Shown here: in pieces, positions 27,758-40,740 of the stretch | Layout: every line of letters starts with the position of its first letter | Numbering within the stretch: position 1 is the first letter of the stretch | Origin: Octopus vulgaris | Lineage: Eukaryota | Reading direction: 5' to 3' | Assembly: GCA_951406725.2 (NCBI GenBank) | Contig: OX597824.1 | Coordinates: 6,076,001-6,140,000, forward strand | DNA: 64,000 bases | Made by a program: the position numbers and the translations under genes | The notes under the pieces: model-generated | Told to the model about the DNA's origin: nothing | The model's input: the letters and a program-made list of their open reading frames with translations, nothing else | The model's database searches: none

Positions 27758-28270
27758 AACACACACACATACACACACATATATATATATAATGGATGAC
27801 TGATTAGTCACAGGTAAAATCGATCCCAGCAAATTTGGAATGCCGGGTCACAAATTCTAAATATTCTAAGCGATATTTGTTAAAATATGTTATTTCTTTG
27901 AGCTTCGCAAGGCCAATAAACTTACATAATTACCCGAAGACATGTTAATATCAAATGAATTCCCAACTGCGATCATAATCGAATGGAACTAATTATTGTT
28001 CGTTTATGTACTAAGGTGTACATTTCTTCTACTAAAAAGATTTTTATGACCTGCCTCTATCTACTTGTCAAAGAACTTAGTGTTTCAATGCGATTTTTTT
28101 TTATTTTTCTCATATAAGAAATTACAGGAGCAGCAGAGGAGACATGAATGTAGCTTCTTAAAAAGACAGCAACAGTAAGGGGATCAATAGCAGCTCAATA
28201 AATAACAGGCTGGACTAGAATCTTTGCAATGCATACATACACACACACACATACACACACACACATATAT

Positions 28271-28304
<34 letters not shown>

Positions 28305-28306
<2 letters not shown>

Positions 28307-28401
28307 ACTTCAACCGTGTTTTTTCTGTTGTGATTTTTGCTACCCAGGTATCGGTTAAATTTTGAATAATCCTTAACAAGATAATTCATTTATCCATTTC
28401 A

Positions 28402-28472
<71 letters not shown>

Positions 28473-28490
28473 TGTATGTATATATATATG

Positions 28491-28537
<47 letters not shown>

Positions 28538-28634
28538 TGAAATGGATAAATGAATTATCTTGTTAAGGATTATTCAAAATTTAACCGATACCTGGGTAGC
28601 AAAAATCACAACAGAAAAAACACGGTTGAAGTTA
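28305..28634. repeat. 104-bp perfect inverted duplication flanking a (TA)n/(TATG)n tract
   Basis: 28305-28408 is the exact reverse complement of 28531-28634. The same repeat family occurs at 2275-2337 and 59824-60000. Confidence 0.92.
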
Positions 28635-28929
28635 CGACCTTGGGGTGTCGCAACCGTGCCTTAGCGCGGATAATTGAAGTTTAATATATTTAGTGAAGGG
28701 AAGAAATGGAGCTGAACGAAGATTCTACAGAATTCCTTTTATTATTTTCTACACATGTTTCAAAGGCCGCAAATTTCCAAATTCGGACTGAATAAGGAGA
28801 CCATTTTGCAGCTTTCTCTTCAGGAAAATCCAGGAATTTAAAACTCCAAAACAAATGCGCAGCAAGGTATTCGAACAAAACGCTCCTTAGGAGCCCATGA
28901 AATAGCACAAAACTGTATATGTATATATA

Positions 28930-29105
28930 CATATTAAAAATATCGTGTACATTAAAGCACATTATGAAGTTTGCATCATAGGAAAACCTTGCGCTAGAAA
29001 GAGCAGTAAGCAACTCAAACCACTAATTATGGATAAATTCTCATAGGGAATGAAAATTAAAAACATTTACCTTCTATTTTAGTTCCTAGATCATGTTTTC
29101 TGACT
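28930..29105 (-). mobile_element. Decayed 3' portion of family H2
   Basis: ccttgcgctagaaagagcagt...caaaccactaattatggataaattc...agggaatgaaaattaaaaacatttacc...tcctagatcatg aligns to 9530-9645. Confidence 0.65.
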
Positions 29106-29119
29106 AATTTCAATATATA

Positions 29120-29176
<57 letters not shown>

Positions 29177-29193
29177 GTATATATATACACATG

Positions 29194-29288
<95 letters not shown>

Positions 29289-29454
29289 ACATGTATATTA
29301 AACAGAAAAATGGAAATTTGGGGCATTATTTATTACATTTATTTCAATTTCGAACAAGAATCGCAAAGATTTACATGTTTTATGGACATGAAAGTAGTTT
29401 CCTATAAGAGATTATCACCTTACAGAAATTTTATTTATTTTCGTATTTATAAGA

Positions 29455-29557
29455 TTTTCTGTCTGACGATTTCTCTAAAATGAAATTCCTTATATGTCTA
29501 GGCAACATATAACTCTTTGTGATTGCTATTAGAAAATGAAACACGTGTAATGGAAAA
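29455..29557 (+). ncRNA. Type I hammerhead with long helix II
   Basis: ttttctgt CTGACGA tttctctaa..ttagaaaat GAAA cacgtg TA atggaaaa. Helix I 8 bp (two G-U pairs), palindromic helix III, GUA site; the first pair of helix II is mismatched. Confidence 0.75.
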
Positions 29558-30595
29558 TAATAGTATCTCAAAAAATACTATTTCCCTGCTTTTGTACCCA
29601 ACACCTCTCCAAATAATCTTTTCGTAATCTTTAACGTGCATTTTGATTTACATACAACAGTAAAAATCGATATAGAATGATTGGAATAAGCAAATGTTCA
29701 GATTTACTCTAAATACACACACAGACACACACACACTTAGAGGAAAAAATATGGCATAAATACATAAAACGTAGTAGTAACTGAAATCAGGGAAACCGAT
29801 TCTAGGTCAATTGAATATGATTTTGTTCATATAACGAAAAAGACACTTTTGAACGCAAAACTCAAAAAAATTTATAATGAAAACTCTTTCTATACAAATG
29901 CCTAGAGGTAACATATGACTCCTTGCTCTTCTTTTCCTTGTTCCCTCCCGTCTTTATCATTTTTATTATATGTTTATATATATATATGATAGATGCTAAA
30001 CGCACCTTTAAAATATGTATACTATTATAGTTTCAGTTGAAGTATGATATAAATAATTCATTCTGTAAATGCGCATCGTTCAAAGATTGTTTTCCATACA
30101 TATAAATACAGAATGAAATTACTCTCTACTTATATTTAAAAATTATACTTGTTTTATTTACACCATGTATATGTATATATATATATATAGAGAGACCACG
30201 TGGGTGGAATGGGGAGTGCAGAATTTTACGCCTGCGCATTTTGAATTTGTTGACACTGTTTAGTTGGAGTGGTTCATCTGAAGCGACAAGTTCGCTGATA
30301 GGTAAAGTTCCTTCTTTTTAGTGTTTCCAAATCCAAATTAAGAAATTTTGAGCTGACAAAAGAAATGCTGATTTTATTTGGCTAATCTTGAAACGTTGAC
30401 GTACTCAAATGATCTATGTACTTGTGATATTTTTCTGTATTTACCCCCCAAACCTTCGTGAGCTGTCTAGAGTAAACATTATCTGAGAGAAATTTTCTTT
30501 AAGTAGTAGAAATGCTAAGAAAATTTTTTTGGGCTGCTATTTCTACTAAGTTCAGTATGTGGCAAAGTAATTTAATTTACTAAGCCCTAATTATA

Positions 30596-30636
<41 letters not shown>

Positions 30637-30811
30637 GTTTATATATTTGTTTGGCAAGATTTTTTATGTGAAGTCGTGTGTTGAAACAGATATTGTTATA
30701 TTTCGGAATGGTCATTTTGCCAGTTTAGCCAATAAAAACACACGCACTATATATTTAGTGTTATTTTGCTTCAGTGTTATTTATTTTTTGCATTAATCTT
30801 AATCTTATTTC

Positions 30812-30856
30812 GGCCAGAGATTTTTCGTCACACTCCTGTGACCGCATCAGTGGTCC
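30812..30856 (-). ncRNA. Variant or decayed type I hammerhead in a ~255-bp (TA)n-bounded element (30636-30892)
   Basis: Minus strand: ggacca CTGATGC g gtcac aggagt gtgac GAAA aatc TC tggcc. A9 is changed to C, with an extra G before helix II. Confidence 0.55.
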
Positions 30857-30911
30857 TTTGTTTTCTTCTTTCTTATTTGTATCTCTCCTTACTATATATA
30901 CATATATATAC

Positions 30912-31503
<592 letters not shown>

Positions 31504-31777
31504 TGCACACAATACAAATTTATCAAATCAGGTGGCGCTCATAAAAAAACTCCTTTAATGGATCAGGTTACAAAGACCATAGGATCCCCCCGAAAAAAAA
31601 CCACGTGGTGTAAGGCATTTGTCTGGTGCAGTTGAAATCCAATAAATCCAATTGGTAATATTTGTTTCATTGGGAGTGTATAAAAAAATAAAGATAGACA
31701 GAAACAGAAGAGGTATAAAATGAATATGTTTATTTCACCGGTTGAAATGATGCCGCCTTTCTTTCTTTATATATATA

Positions 31778-33130
31778 CTAGTATTATGACCCGTCGTTGC
31801 CGGGTCATAGTGCTAGTGCATGTATATATGTGTATATATATGTGTACATATTACATGTACATCTATATATATACATCTACACATAAAATACAAAATACAA
31901 ATTTATCTCTTGATATCGCTAGTGATAACAATACTTAAAATATAACAGACTGGAATTGTAGGCCCGTCACTTGCAATTTCGATCAATTGTATCTTGTCAT
32001 CCCTCTTGTATAGAAGTGTGGCTACAATCCAGCCTACCTCTACTTCTGGGGGGACATTTTTACCCGGGACGTCCTACGTCCCAGATATAAAGATAAAAAT
32101 AAAATATTTCCACTTTGCAAGTTCGAGTCGAGTACTCCCTTGCACGCTCTGTTGACTTGAACCTTGCTTCTAATGTGGCAAATTTACCGCCACTGGTAAG
32201 ATATCTTTCATAGTCACACCAAGACACTTTTCGATGGTGCTTTCCTCCAGGTGTTCAAATCTTCTTTTTTCTTTACTTTGTATACTTTATAGACAATAGT
32301 ATTTTCTTGAATTTGATTTTTTATTTCATTTGGTGGTGCTATCCTAGATTCACCGTCTTTGTCGGTGATCAATCCGAAATAGCTCTGTATTTCTTCCATT
32401 TTAATTTTAATGAGTTCGCGCCCGCCGACGGCTGCAGCGAAGTTCATTTTTGGACTTTCTTCTATCGAAGGCATTCTAACAAAAATGCTTCCGTGTAAAC
32501 GGGGAAAATATTGTCAATTTCCCCGAACAGGGACACAATTCAATTTTTAAGCAATAACTAAAGCTCCTTCTCCCAAAGGGAGAGGGTTACAGTTTACAAT
32601 TATTTGTAACCTGTAACCAACAAACGTTATAACAATAGTTAAACAGTAATAATAATAACAACAAACCTTACGGTGAATCAAAAAGCAGTATGCAGTTGAT
32701 TTAATTTAATTTATTCTCATTCATGTGAAACCATTTATTCAAGTTCAAGCCACTGATGCAATATTATACCAATTGCTATCTTTACTTTTGTTATGTTACG
32801 ATTATATTATACTTTAGTTTGGTTTTTATTATTACTTGCTACATATAATTCAATTGTTATTATTATCTTTAATTTTTATTGTTACAGTGAAAATATGTGA
32901 CATAAATAGAGAAATGTTTTGTTTCACTTTTAACACGTAATACTGAAATAGTGGAGAAGATATGATATTGCTGTGGGCTCGCCCTAGGCAAAAAGTGCCG
33001 ATGACACTCCCCGGACCCTAAGTAAGGCATGTGTAAAATATGAATGAAATTGGTTGAGTAGTTCTCAAGTTTTAGGGAAACACACAGACAGACAGACAAA
33101 CACACATTCTCAGTTTTATATATATAAGGA
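31778..33130 (-). mobile_element. Non-autonomous Helitron-like element
   Basis: Minus strand starts A|TC..(TA)n..(CTGT)n at 33130 and ends with hairpin atgacccg-7nt-cgggtcat followed by CTAG|T at 31778; no TSD. Confidence 0.7.
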
Positions 33131-33384
33131 TAATATCTATACCTATATATATACGATGTATATATATTTCTTGCTGGATCGCTGGTAGCGGAGAATTTTT
33201 TGTAGAATTTTTTGCTACCCTTATATTTATTAATTAATGATTTTTTACTAATTTTGAAATTAAATCAGCAGTTTATATTTGCTGCTGAGAAGACCGCACG
33301 ATTGCGGTAGATTTTGAAAATTTATAGCATATAGACTGGAGGCTTCCTTACCATCGCCTCGTGGATATATACTCGTCCTTGGCT

Positions 33385-33479
33385 TCTCTGCTGACGAGGC
33401 ACGCCAGTTGTAAATAAATTTAATTTAATTTAATTCATTTATTTACCAAAGTTTGCCGAAACTATGCATAGTCCAGAGA
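33385..33479 (+). ncRNA. Type I hammerhead ribozyme, fully canonical
   Basis: tctctg CTGACGA ggca..tgcc GAAA ctatgcatag TC cagaga. Helix I 6 bp, helix II 4 bp plus an AU-rich extension, 10-nt palindromic helix III; predicted cleavage after C33473. Confidence 0.92.
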
Positions 33480-33982
33480 TGAAAGGGGTAAACGTTTTTA
33501 TTTCTCTTTCAATTTCAGAATTACAACTTTTAGCGGTTTGAATTTGGCTGCTCTTTCTAGTGAGTCGAATGTCCTATTATGGCCATTCCTTATATTTTTT
33601 AATATACAATATATATATATATATATATATAGTATAGTTTTCATATGGTCATTCTATCGAACAAATCAAGTCTCTGCAAAGAATATCGTTACAGCAATTC
33701 CTGAAAAGTGTAAGAGTCAAGGCTGAGGCTGATAGCGATCCATGACCAAAGCTTGGCCAGGGAAAACCTATAATCTGTATCTGCAGAATATATTAAGTTT
33801 AAAACGTAACAATTTCAACTCCCTTGCCTTTCGCCGCCCAGTCTTAACCAGAAGTGAAGACGTAGACAAAAGTGAAGGCATAGGCAACCAGATTAGATAG
33901 AACTTAGGCATTGAAACGCTGGAAATTGAGCTATATTTTATTGCAAACAGAGAAGAGGTGGTTCAATCATATACTTCTACTA

Positions 33983-34374
33983 CGAGCAAATACCCCCACC
34001 CGTCCAATGGACGGTGCTGAGTTGTCAAACGTTTAAACCAAATTTTCTCAAAACAACTTGTCCGACCATTCCATTTTGTGGAATTATTTCAAGCCAGCGG
34101 GCTTTTTTTTTTCCACAAACGTCACGTGTATTTTTCTCGCGTACGCGTAGTATCGATCGCAATAGCTGATGTACTTGCGCATACAAATGCACGTTCCCAC
34201 AGCTTTATCGATCGTATTCTAACCTGGAGTCGATTTTTGTAATTTATTCAAGATTTATACTCGCCCTGATATCGTCGGTATCTACATATGAAATTTGAGC
34301 GCAATCGGATGGAGGATGCCCGAGATCTTAGAAGATACACACACAGACAGACAGAACGGATTTTATAATATAGA
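33983..34374 (-). mobile_element. Short Helitron-like element
   Basis: Same terminal layout as 31778-33130: acagacagac...ttttataatataga at one end and hairpin ccgtcc-aat-ggacgg near a degenerate CTAG (cgag) at the other. Confidence 0.55.
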
Positions 34375-36028
34375 TTCTCGCACGCTATGAAAAAAGAGAA
34401 TATTTTGTGATATGTTAATCCATAAAAATAGAGAGGGCTTGAGAGTAATCCGAAGAATCAACTTTTCAAAGACAACCAGGAATAGACGTACAGACTAATC
34501 AATGCATCGATCCCGAGAATTTATGTAAATTATTTGAAACGGTTCCTCTAAATATATAATCCGGAAAGAAAGACGACTGGAACTTAAAGATTGTAAACAG
34601 AAAAAAAAAATCACTATACAAATAAATTGCTTGTAAATTGTCATAAACAATTGAGACACCGCGAGGCACTGCTCATATATTTGAAGTTTCTTTCAACAGA
34701 ACAGCGAAGTTAAAACCCAACCAAAACACTGCCCTCACCCAAACTGAACAGAGCTGTGATCACTTGTGCAGTTGAAGGATGCAATAGACTTAGGACTACT
34801 GGAAAATAATTATAGTAACTAACGTTTTGCGTGATATATTTTGTAATGGATAAACTCTTGCCAGTCAGATCAAAACTTTTCAATGACTGGTTAATATATT
34901 ATTATAATAGAGAAACGTTTGCGTGTGATATAACTGAAGAATTTGCGTGATAACTCTTTTCTAAACTTCAACAAGATTATTAGAAATGAACGTAATTTCC
35001 TCCTTTCAAAACATTAACCTTTTATTATATTCTTTTTAGTGATTTTTCTTCGAAACATAATTTCCTACGAAAAGGTCCATGGAACTACCTTGCTTTCTCT
35101 ATGAATACAGTATATCAAGTATTTATGGAATATGCGACATATTACGGTGAGTATTTCCAAGGCGAAGGAAATGCACTCTAGTCGTTTTTTTTTTTTAGTG
35201 AAAGAACAATACGATGTGAAAATAATGCTATGAGCAAAATATTAATAACAATAACAATATCAATAATGATAACAATAATAATAATTGTAAGAAGAAATAG
35301 AAGAGGAAGAATAAGAAGAATCCGGCAAGGCTAAGTTAAACATGCAAAAACGTATTGCAGACGACGGGCCAAATAAGACGTAAATACTGACATGCAATGT
35401 AGCGTTGGGGAAAAGACGTTTCAAATATACGGGGGAGAATAAGTAAATTAAGTATAGGGCTTCTTTTCAGTCGTATTGCGTGACATCTTGGGCAAGTGTC
35501 TTCGCATCGACCAATGCTTTGTGAGAGGATCTGGTAACTGAAAACAAAAAGAAGCAGATTGTTTATGCATATCTGTGTGTGTATATTCAATAAGAACTCT
35601 AAAGTTATCCGAACTTTTTGGTCAAAATTTAATTTTGGTTGGCGGCACTGCCTTCACCCCTTGCAGTCAAAGACATAAAACTGCTCTTCTGCGAGATTTC
35701 AAAGCATCAATAATCAGTGCGCCACAAAATAGGGACATTATTTCAAGGAAGCACTTGACTAGACATGCAAATCGGCAACGAAAATATTCTGATTCCGGAA
35801 GTAGAACCATCAAATTTTCTCCTTCGGTGATATGAAAACCTTTAGGTCGACGTACTGAGTAGTGCCAGAGTTGTCGCCCAGTTCATCTGAAAATGAGAGA
35901 ATTCATCTCAAATATACTGGAATTCATATAACGACAGTTCTTCAGTATTCTTCTCGAAAAAGAAACATGACCGATCTGCCGCAAGGGTGCAAGTCAATAA
36001 GTCAAAAGACCCACTGACATCGCACGGT

Positions 36029-36069
<41 letters not shown>

Positions 36070-36085
36070 TTGTGTGTCTCTCTCC

Positions 36086-36136
<51 letters not shown>

Positions 36137-36144
36137 TACATATG

Positions 36145-36395
36145 TATCCTTTGACCTTGAGCAAGACACTTTATTTCACCTTGCTCCAGTCCACTCAGCT
36201 GGCTAAAATGAGTAGTACCTGTGTTTCAAAGGGCCAGCCTTGTCACACTGTATCACGCTGAATCTCCCTGAGAACTACAATAAGGATACACGTGTCTGTG
36301 GAGTGCTCAACCACTTGCACATTGATTTCACGAGCAGGCTGTTGCGTTGATTGTATCAGCTGGGACCCTCGTCGTCGCCACTGACGGAGTGCTCC
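36145..36395 (+). mobile_element. SINE 3' portion sharing its tail with 19354-19540
   Basis: tcaaagggccagccttgtcacactgtatcacgctgaatctccctgagaactac...gacggagtgct. Confidence 0.75.
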
Positions 36396-36928
36396 TATAT
36401 ATATATATATCTACAAATATGTCTGTCGTGGCTTTTGATTGAAAAGTCATGAACTCTTTTGGTGAGGGGAGATGGAACAGTTTTGGCGACAATTAAATTG
36501 TGTCTATTAGTCATCAACAGAAGAGAAAACTCTTAGATTTGCACTGAGTAACGTGAAAGTCTATTAGTTTAAATGATTTGGTCAGTGACCGTGCAACAAT
36601 GAAATAAGTGAGTCAGGTTTTTCCGCTTCCTAATCAGACACACGACAACATTGTCATTAATTAATTACTTAGCACTTGTACAAGAAATATAATAATTCGT
36701 ATTACGAAATTTATCAAAACATTAATTAAACTACCTCGTTCTAAAAGTATTTATGCCAAACCAAAATGAATATAAAGTTTATCTAATTTCTGTTTAATGA
36801 GATGGCCTTTCAATCATTTTAACAATTTTCATAGAACTGACATAATACAAGTTAATTAGTATACAAAGAATACCGGATATTTTACGAGAGTAGAAACTTT
36901 ACTTGAATACTTTAACACAGTTTGAAGA

Positions 36929-37131
36929 TGGCGAGCTGGCAGAAACGTTAGCACGCCGGGCGAAATGTGTAGCCGTATTTCGTCTGTTGTTACGTTCATT
37001 CATTCTTTCGGGGTCGATAAATAAAGTACCAGTTTCGCACTGGCGTCGATGTAATCGACTTAATCCGTTTGTCTGTCCTTGTTTGTCCCTTCTATGTTTA
37101 GCCCCTTGTGCGCAATAATGAAATAAATGCT
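36929..37131 (+). mobile_element. SINE family B, internally deleted, with degenerate TSD
   Basis: ggcgagctggcagaaacgttagcacgccgggcgaaatg; TSD taacacagtttgaaga / taacacaatttaaga. Confidence 0.82.
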
Positions 37132-37399
37132 GTAACACAATTTAAGATATACTTGAGGCAAGTTCTGCTCTTCATTGATCGGATGTCAACAAAATAGACA
37201 TCAGTAACAACCGGTCGTTTATTTAAGCGTCTGAAGAAGACCATTTAGGATAATTATGTCATGCTATAAACACTACAGAAAATTAGGGGCTGTTTCTGCC
37301 CTAAAAGTTACGTATTCTTTCATAGGAGTAGAATGGTGTATTAAGCGTCATTGTAGGCTATTCTTGTCTTCGTTTATTCTTTCATTCTTAAATGTGCTT

Positions 37400-37631
37400 A
37401 AGTCATTTGACTGCGGCCATGCTAGAGCACTGCCTTGAAGGGTTTTAGTCGAAACAAATCGACGCCAGCCTTTTATAGCCTTGTATTTATTGTATCGATA
37501 TCTTTTGCTGAAATGCTAAGTTACGGGGACCTAAGCAAGACCAAAACCAATTGCCATGCGGTGATGAGGGGAACAAATAGAAGCACAAAGACACTCACAC
37601 ATAGATATATATACACACACAAATGCGCGCA

Positions 37632-37685
<54 letters not shown>

Positions 37686-37852
37686 CATACGAGGGGTTTC
37701 TTTCAGCTTCCGTTTACCAAATTCACTCACAATGTGTTGGTCGGTCCGAAGCTATAGTAGAATACACTTGCCCAAGGTGCCACGCATTTGGACTGAGCCC
37801 GGAACCATGAGGTTGGGAAGCAAGCTACTTACCTGACAGCCACTCCTGTGCC
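37400..37852 (-). mobile_element. SINE family A (diverged); a plus-strand 3' half follows at 37985-38125
   Basis: Homologous to 31030-31441 along its length. Confidence 0.8.
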
Positions 37853-38563
37853 TATGTTTGTATTTTATTCGCTTTTTATCCGTTCGAAATACCATCGTAC
37901 TCAATACAGACTCCTGTTGTGCATCGAGGATCTCTCCATGCATGAAAGATTCTCCCGCGAGAACGACATATGAGCACTCAGGTGTTCTGCAAAAGAGACC
38001 GATAGAATAACTGCTAGGCTTACAAAGAATAAGTTCTGGGGTCGATTTGCTCGACTAAAGGCGGTGCTCCAGCATGCCCGCAGTCAAATGACTGGGACGA
38101 GTAAAAGAGTAAAATAGTAAAAGAGTATATAACATAGACCTTCTAATGAATAATGTCTAAATGTATTTTATTTCATGAAGGAAAAAGAAATTAAGAATGA
38201 AGAAACAGAAGAAAACTTAATAACGTTTGCAATGTTCGAATTTACAGCTTTTCAATTCGCAAGAATTCCTTGAACGCTGTAATTACATTTTTTCCATTTT
38301 TTTTGTGTCTGGGAAACTTATATTGAGTAATAATTTTACCGTTCAGTGTATCTTTTGTGTAATACTTTCACACAAACTTCTACTAATATTCTGATAGTGC
38401 AAGAGAACTTACACATGCAATACAAAGTTAGGATGTAAGTCTTCGACAATTTTTTTACTCGAAACTCTTTTACAACACTCAAATTTTATTTATGGAGATT
38501 CAACGAAATTTGCGTTTCTAAATTATCCACAAACTTTATGTCTACCTGTACAGTTGTGCGTGA

Positions 38564-38621
<58 letters not shown>

Positions 38622-38781
38622 TTCATTTTATACTTTTTGAGATCTAGTTATAAGTTATATATACAAAACAAAAAATATTATATGTATATATATATTTATA
38701 TATAGATAATATTTGTTATTTTTGTATTGATTTATGTCTATCACTGCTTGAGTTGCATAATAGTGGTTTTATCTCTAATTC

Positions 38782-38881
<100 letters not shown>

Positions 38882-39338
38882 CTGATTACAGTGTATCTAA
38901 TAATACTTGAAGGTGCGAAACGATAAAGAATATCTTCAGAACGTGACAGTCTAATAATTTACGATCAAAAATTAAAACCTTTTCATATATTTAAATAGAA
39001 GCATAACGTAATTTATTTTCCCATGTATTTTAAGAAATATCAATTAGCTGTTAATTAATGTAATTATGTTATATAATCACTGAAGCCATTTTTTTCTAAT
39101 TGGTAAATAAGAAAACTTTGATTTCGAGAAATTGATTTTAATTTCGGTGTCTGATATTTTTTTAGCAGACTTTCTGAAATTCCTCATACAAAGTAAAATG
39201 TCTTCCTTTAATATCTGACTCGGATTTTTTTTTCCTGTAGGTAACACTCTTTTGCCATTTTGGTGTGAATCAGCTCTTCATTTATTCTGAAAAAAAAAAT
39301 ATATATATAATATTAGTCCCTACTATACACTTTAGTCG

Positions 39339-39629
39339 TGGAGGGACATGGTCTAGTGGTTAGAGCAGCGGAGTCGCGGTCGAGGGAGCGCGGGTTTGAA
39401 TCTCAGACTGGGCGATTTGTTTATGTTTATGAGCGAAATACCTAAGCTCGATGCGGCTCCGGTAATGGCGTACTTCTGCTGACTCTTTCGTCACAACTTT
39501 CTCTCACTCTTTCCTCCTGCATCTTGCAGCTCACCTGCGACGGACCGGCGTCCCGTCCAGGTGGGAAACCTATACGCAAGGTAACCGGGAAACTGGCCCT
39601 TATGAGCCAGGCGTGGCTGGAGAAGGAAC
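39339..39629 (+). mobile_element. SINE family C with TSD
   Basis: Head ggagggacatggtctagtggttagagcagcggagtcgcggtcg; TSD atacacttta(g/c)tcg at 39325 and 39630. Confidence 0.85.
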
Positions 39630-40067
39630 ATACACTTTACTCGAAACGAAGTTTAAATGGTAAAAATTGTACTCCATCCATTAGAGACAAGGCTGTTCAG
39701 CCATCCAGTCTTTACAACTTTGACATCAGCTTTTCTACTGGTCTTTTGTCAATACAATGAATTGTATTCAAAGGAACCTCTTGTACTATCGTGTATTAGG
39801 AGTCATGTAGTTGATAAATATATTTTTATAATTAAGAAAGTAAGGCTTGATTTAAAGAATACTTAATCTTTTATTCTTTCGTTCTGGATTCAGCCACTGA
39901 ATGAGAGTTTGCTGGAGCAATGCCTTGTAGGATTTCGTCAATCATATCTACTTTAGTATCTATTTTGTGTTTGATACTTATGCAAATGATATCCTGTTGC
40001 CGAACTGGTAAATTACGGGATGTAATTGAAATGATGGCAGTTCTGGAGTGAGACACACACACACACA

Positions 40068-40119
<52 letters not shown>

Positions 40120-40657
40120 GGCACACGCACACGCATACACAAACACACACACGACACCCCCACACACACACACACAGGCACACGCATACGCATACACACA
40201 CACATACACGACGTACACCCACCCACAGACACACACAGACACACACCACACACAAACAGGTATTCTGGTATTCTTGTACTTTTTCCACTTATTGCCCTGA
40301 GCTAATTCTATAGTCGTTGCTTTAATGCATACAAACCGACTGCAGTGCTTGCTTTCAGTTACGAAAATATTCCATCGTTATCTTTTGCCGAACTGCTAGA
40401 TAACAGATGTATCTATAATCCAAATCAGAAATAAATCAATCAGGACGAATACACAAACAAATATGATAAGCATCACTGCCTGCTTGCCTGCACGGCAATT
40501 GGTCAAAGTTCACCACACTAACGCCGAAACTCAAAGCACGTGAGTGCGAAGCAAACTCTTTCGACGCACACGCATGGTATGCGCCTATATAACTATATAT
40601 CTATGCATATGTATGTATACGTAAATGTATGCAAATACATGTATGTATATATGTAAA

Positions 40658-40740
<83 letters not shown>

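Noticed and set aside
28770-28830. Minus-strand CTGAAGA followed by cagtcc GAAT
   Set aside because: GAAA and helix III are missing; too decayed to call.
37230-37285. CTGAAGA core-like heptamer (similar cases at 48835 and 55271)
   Set aside because: No compatible helices or cleavage triplet; expected by chance.
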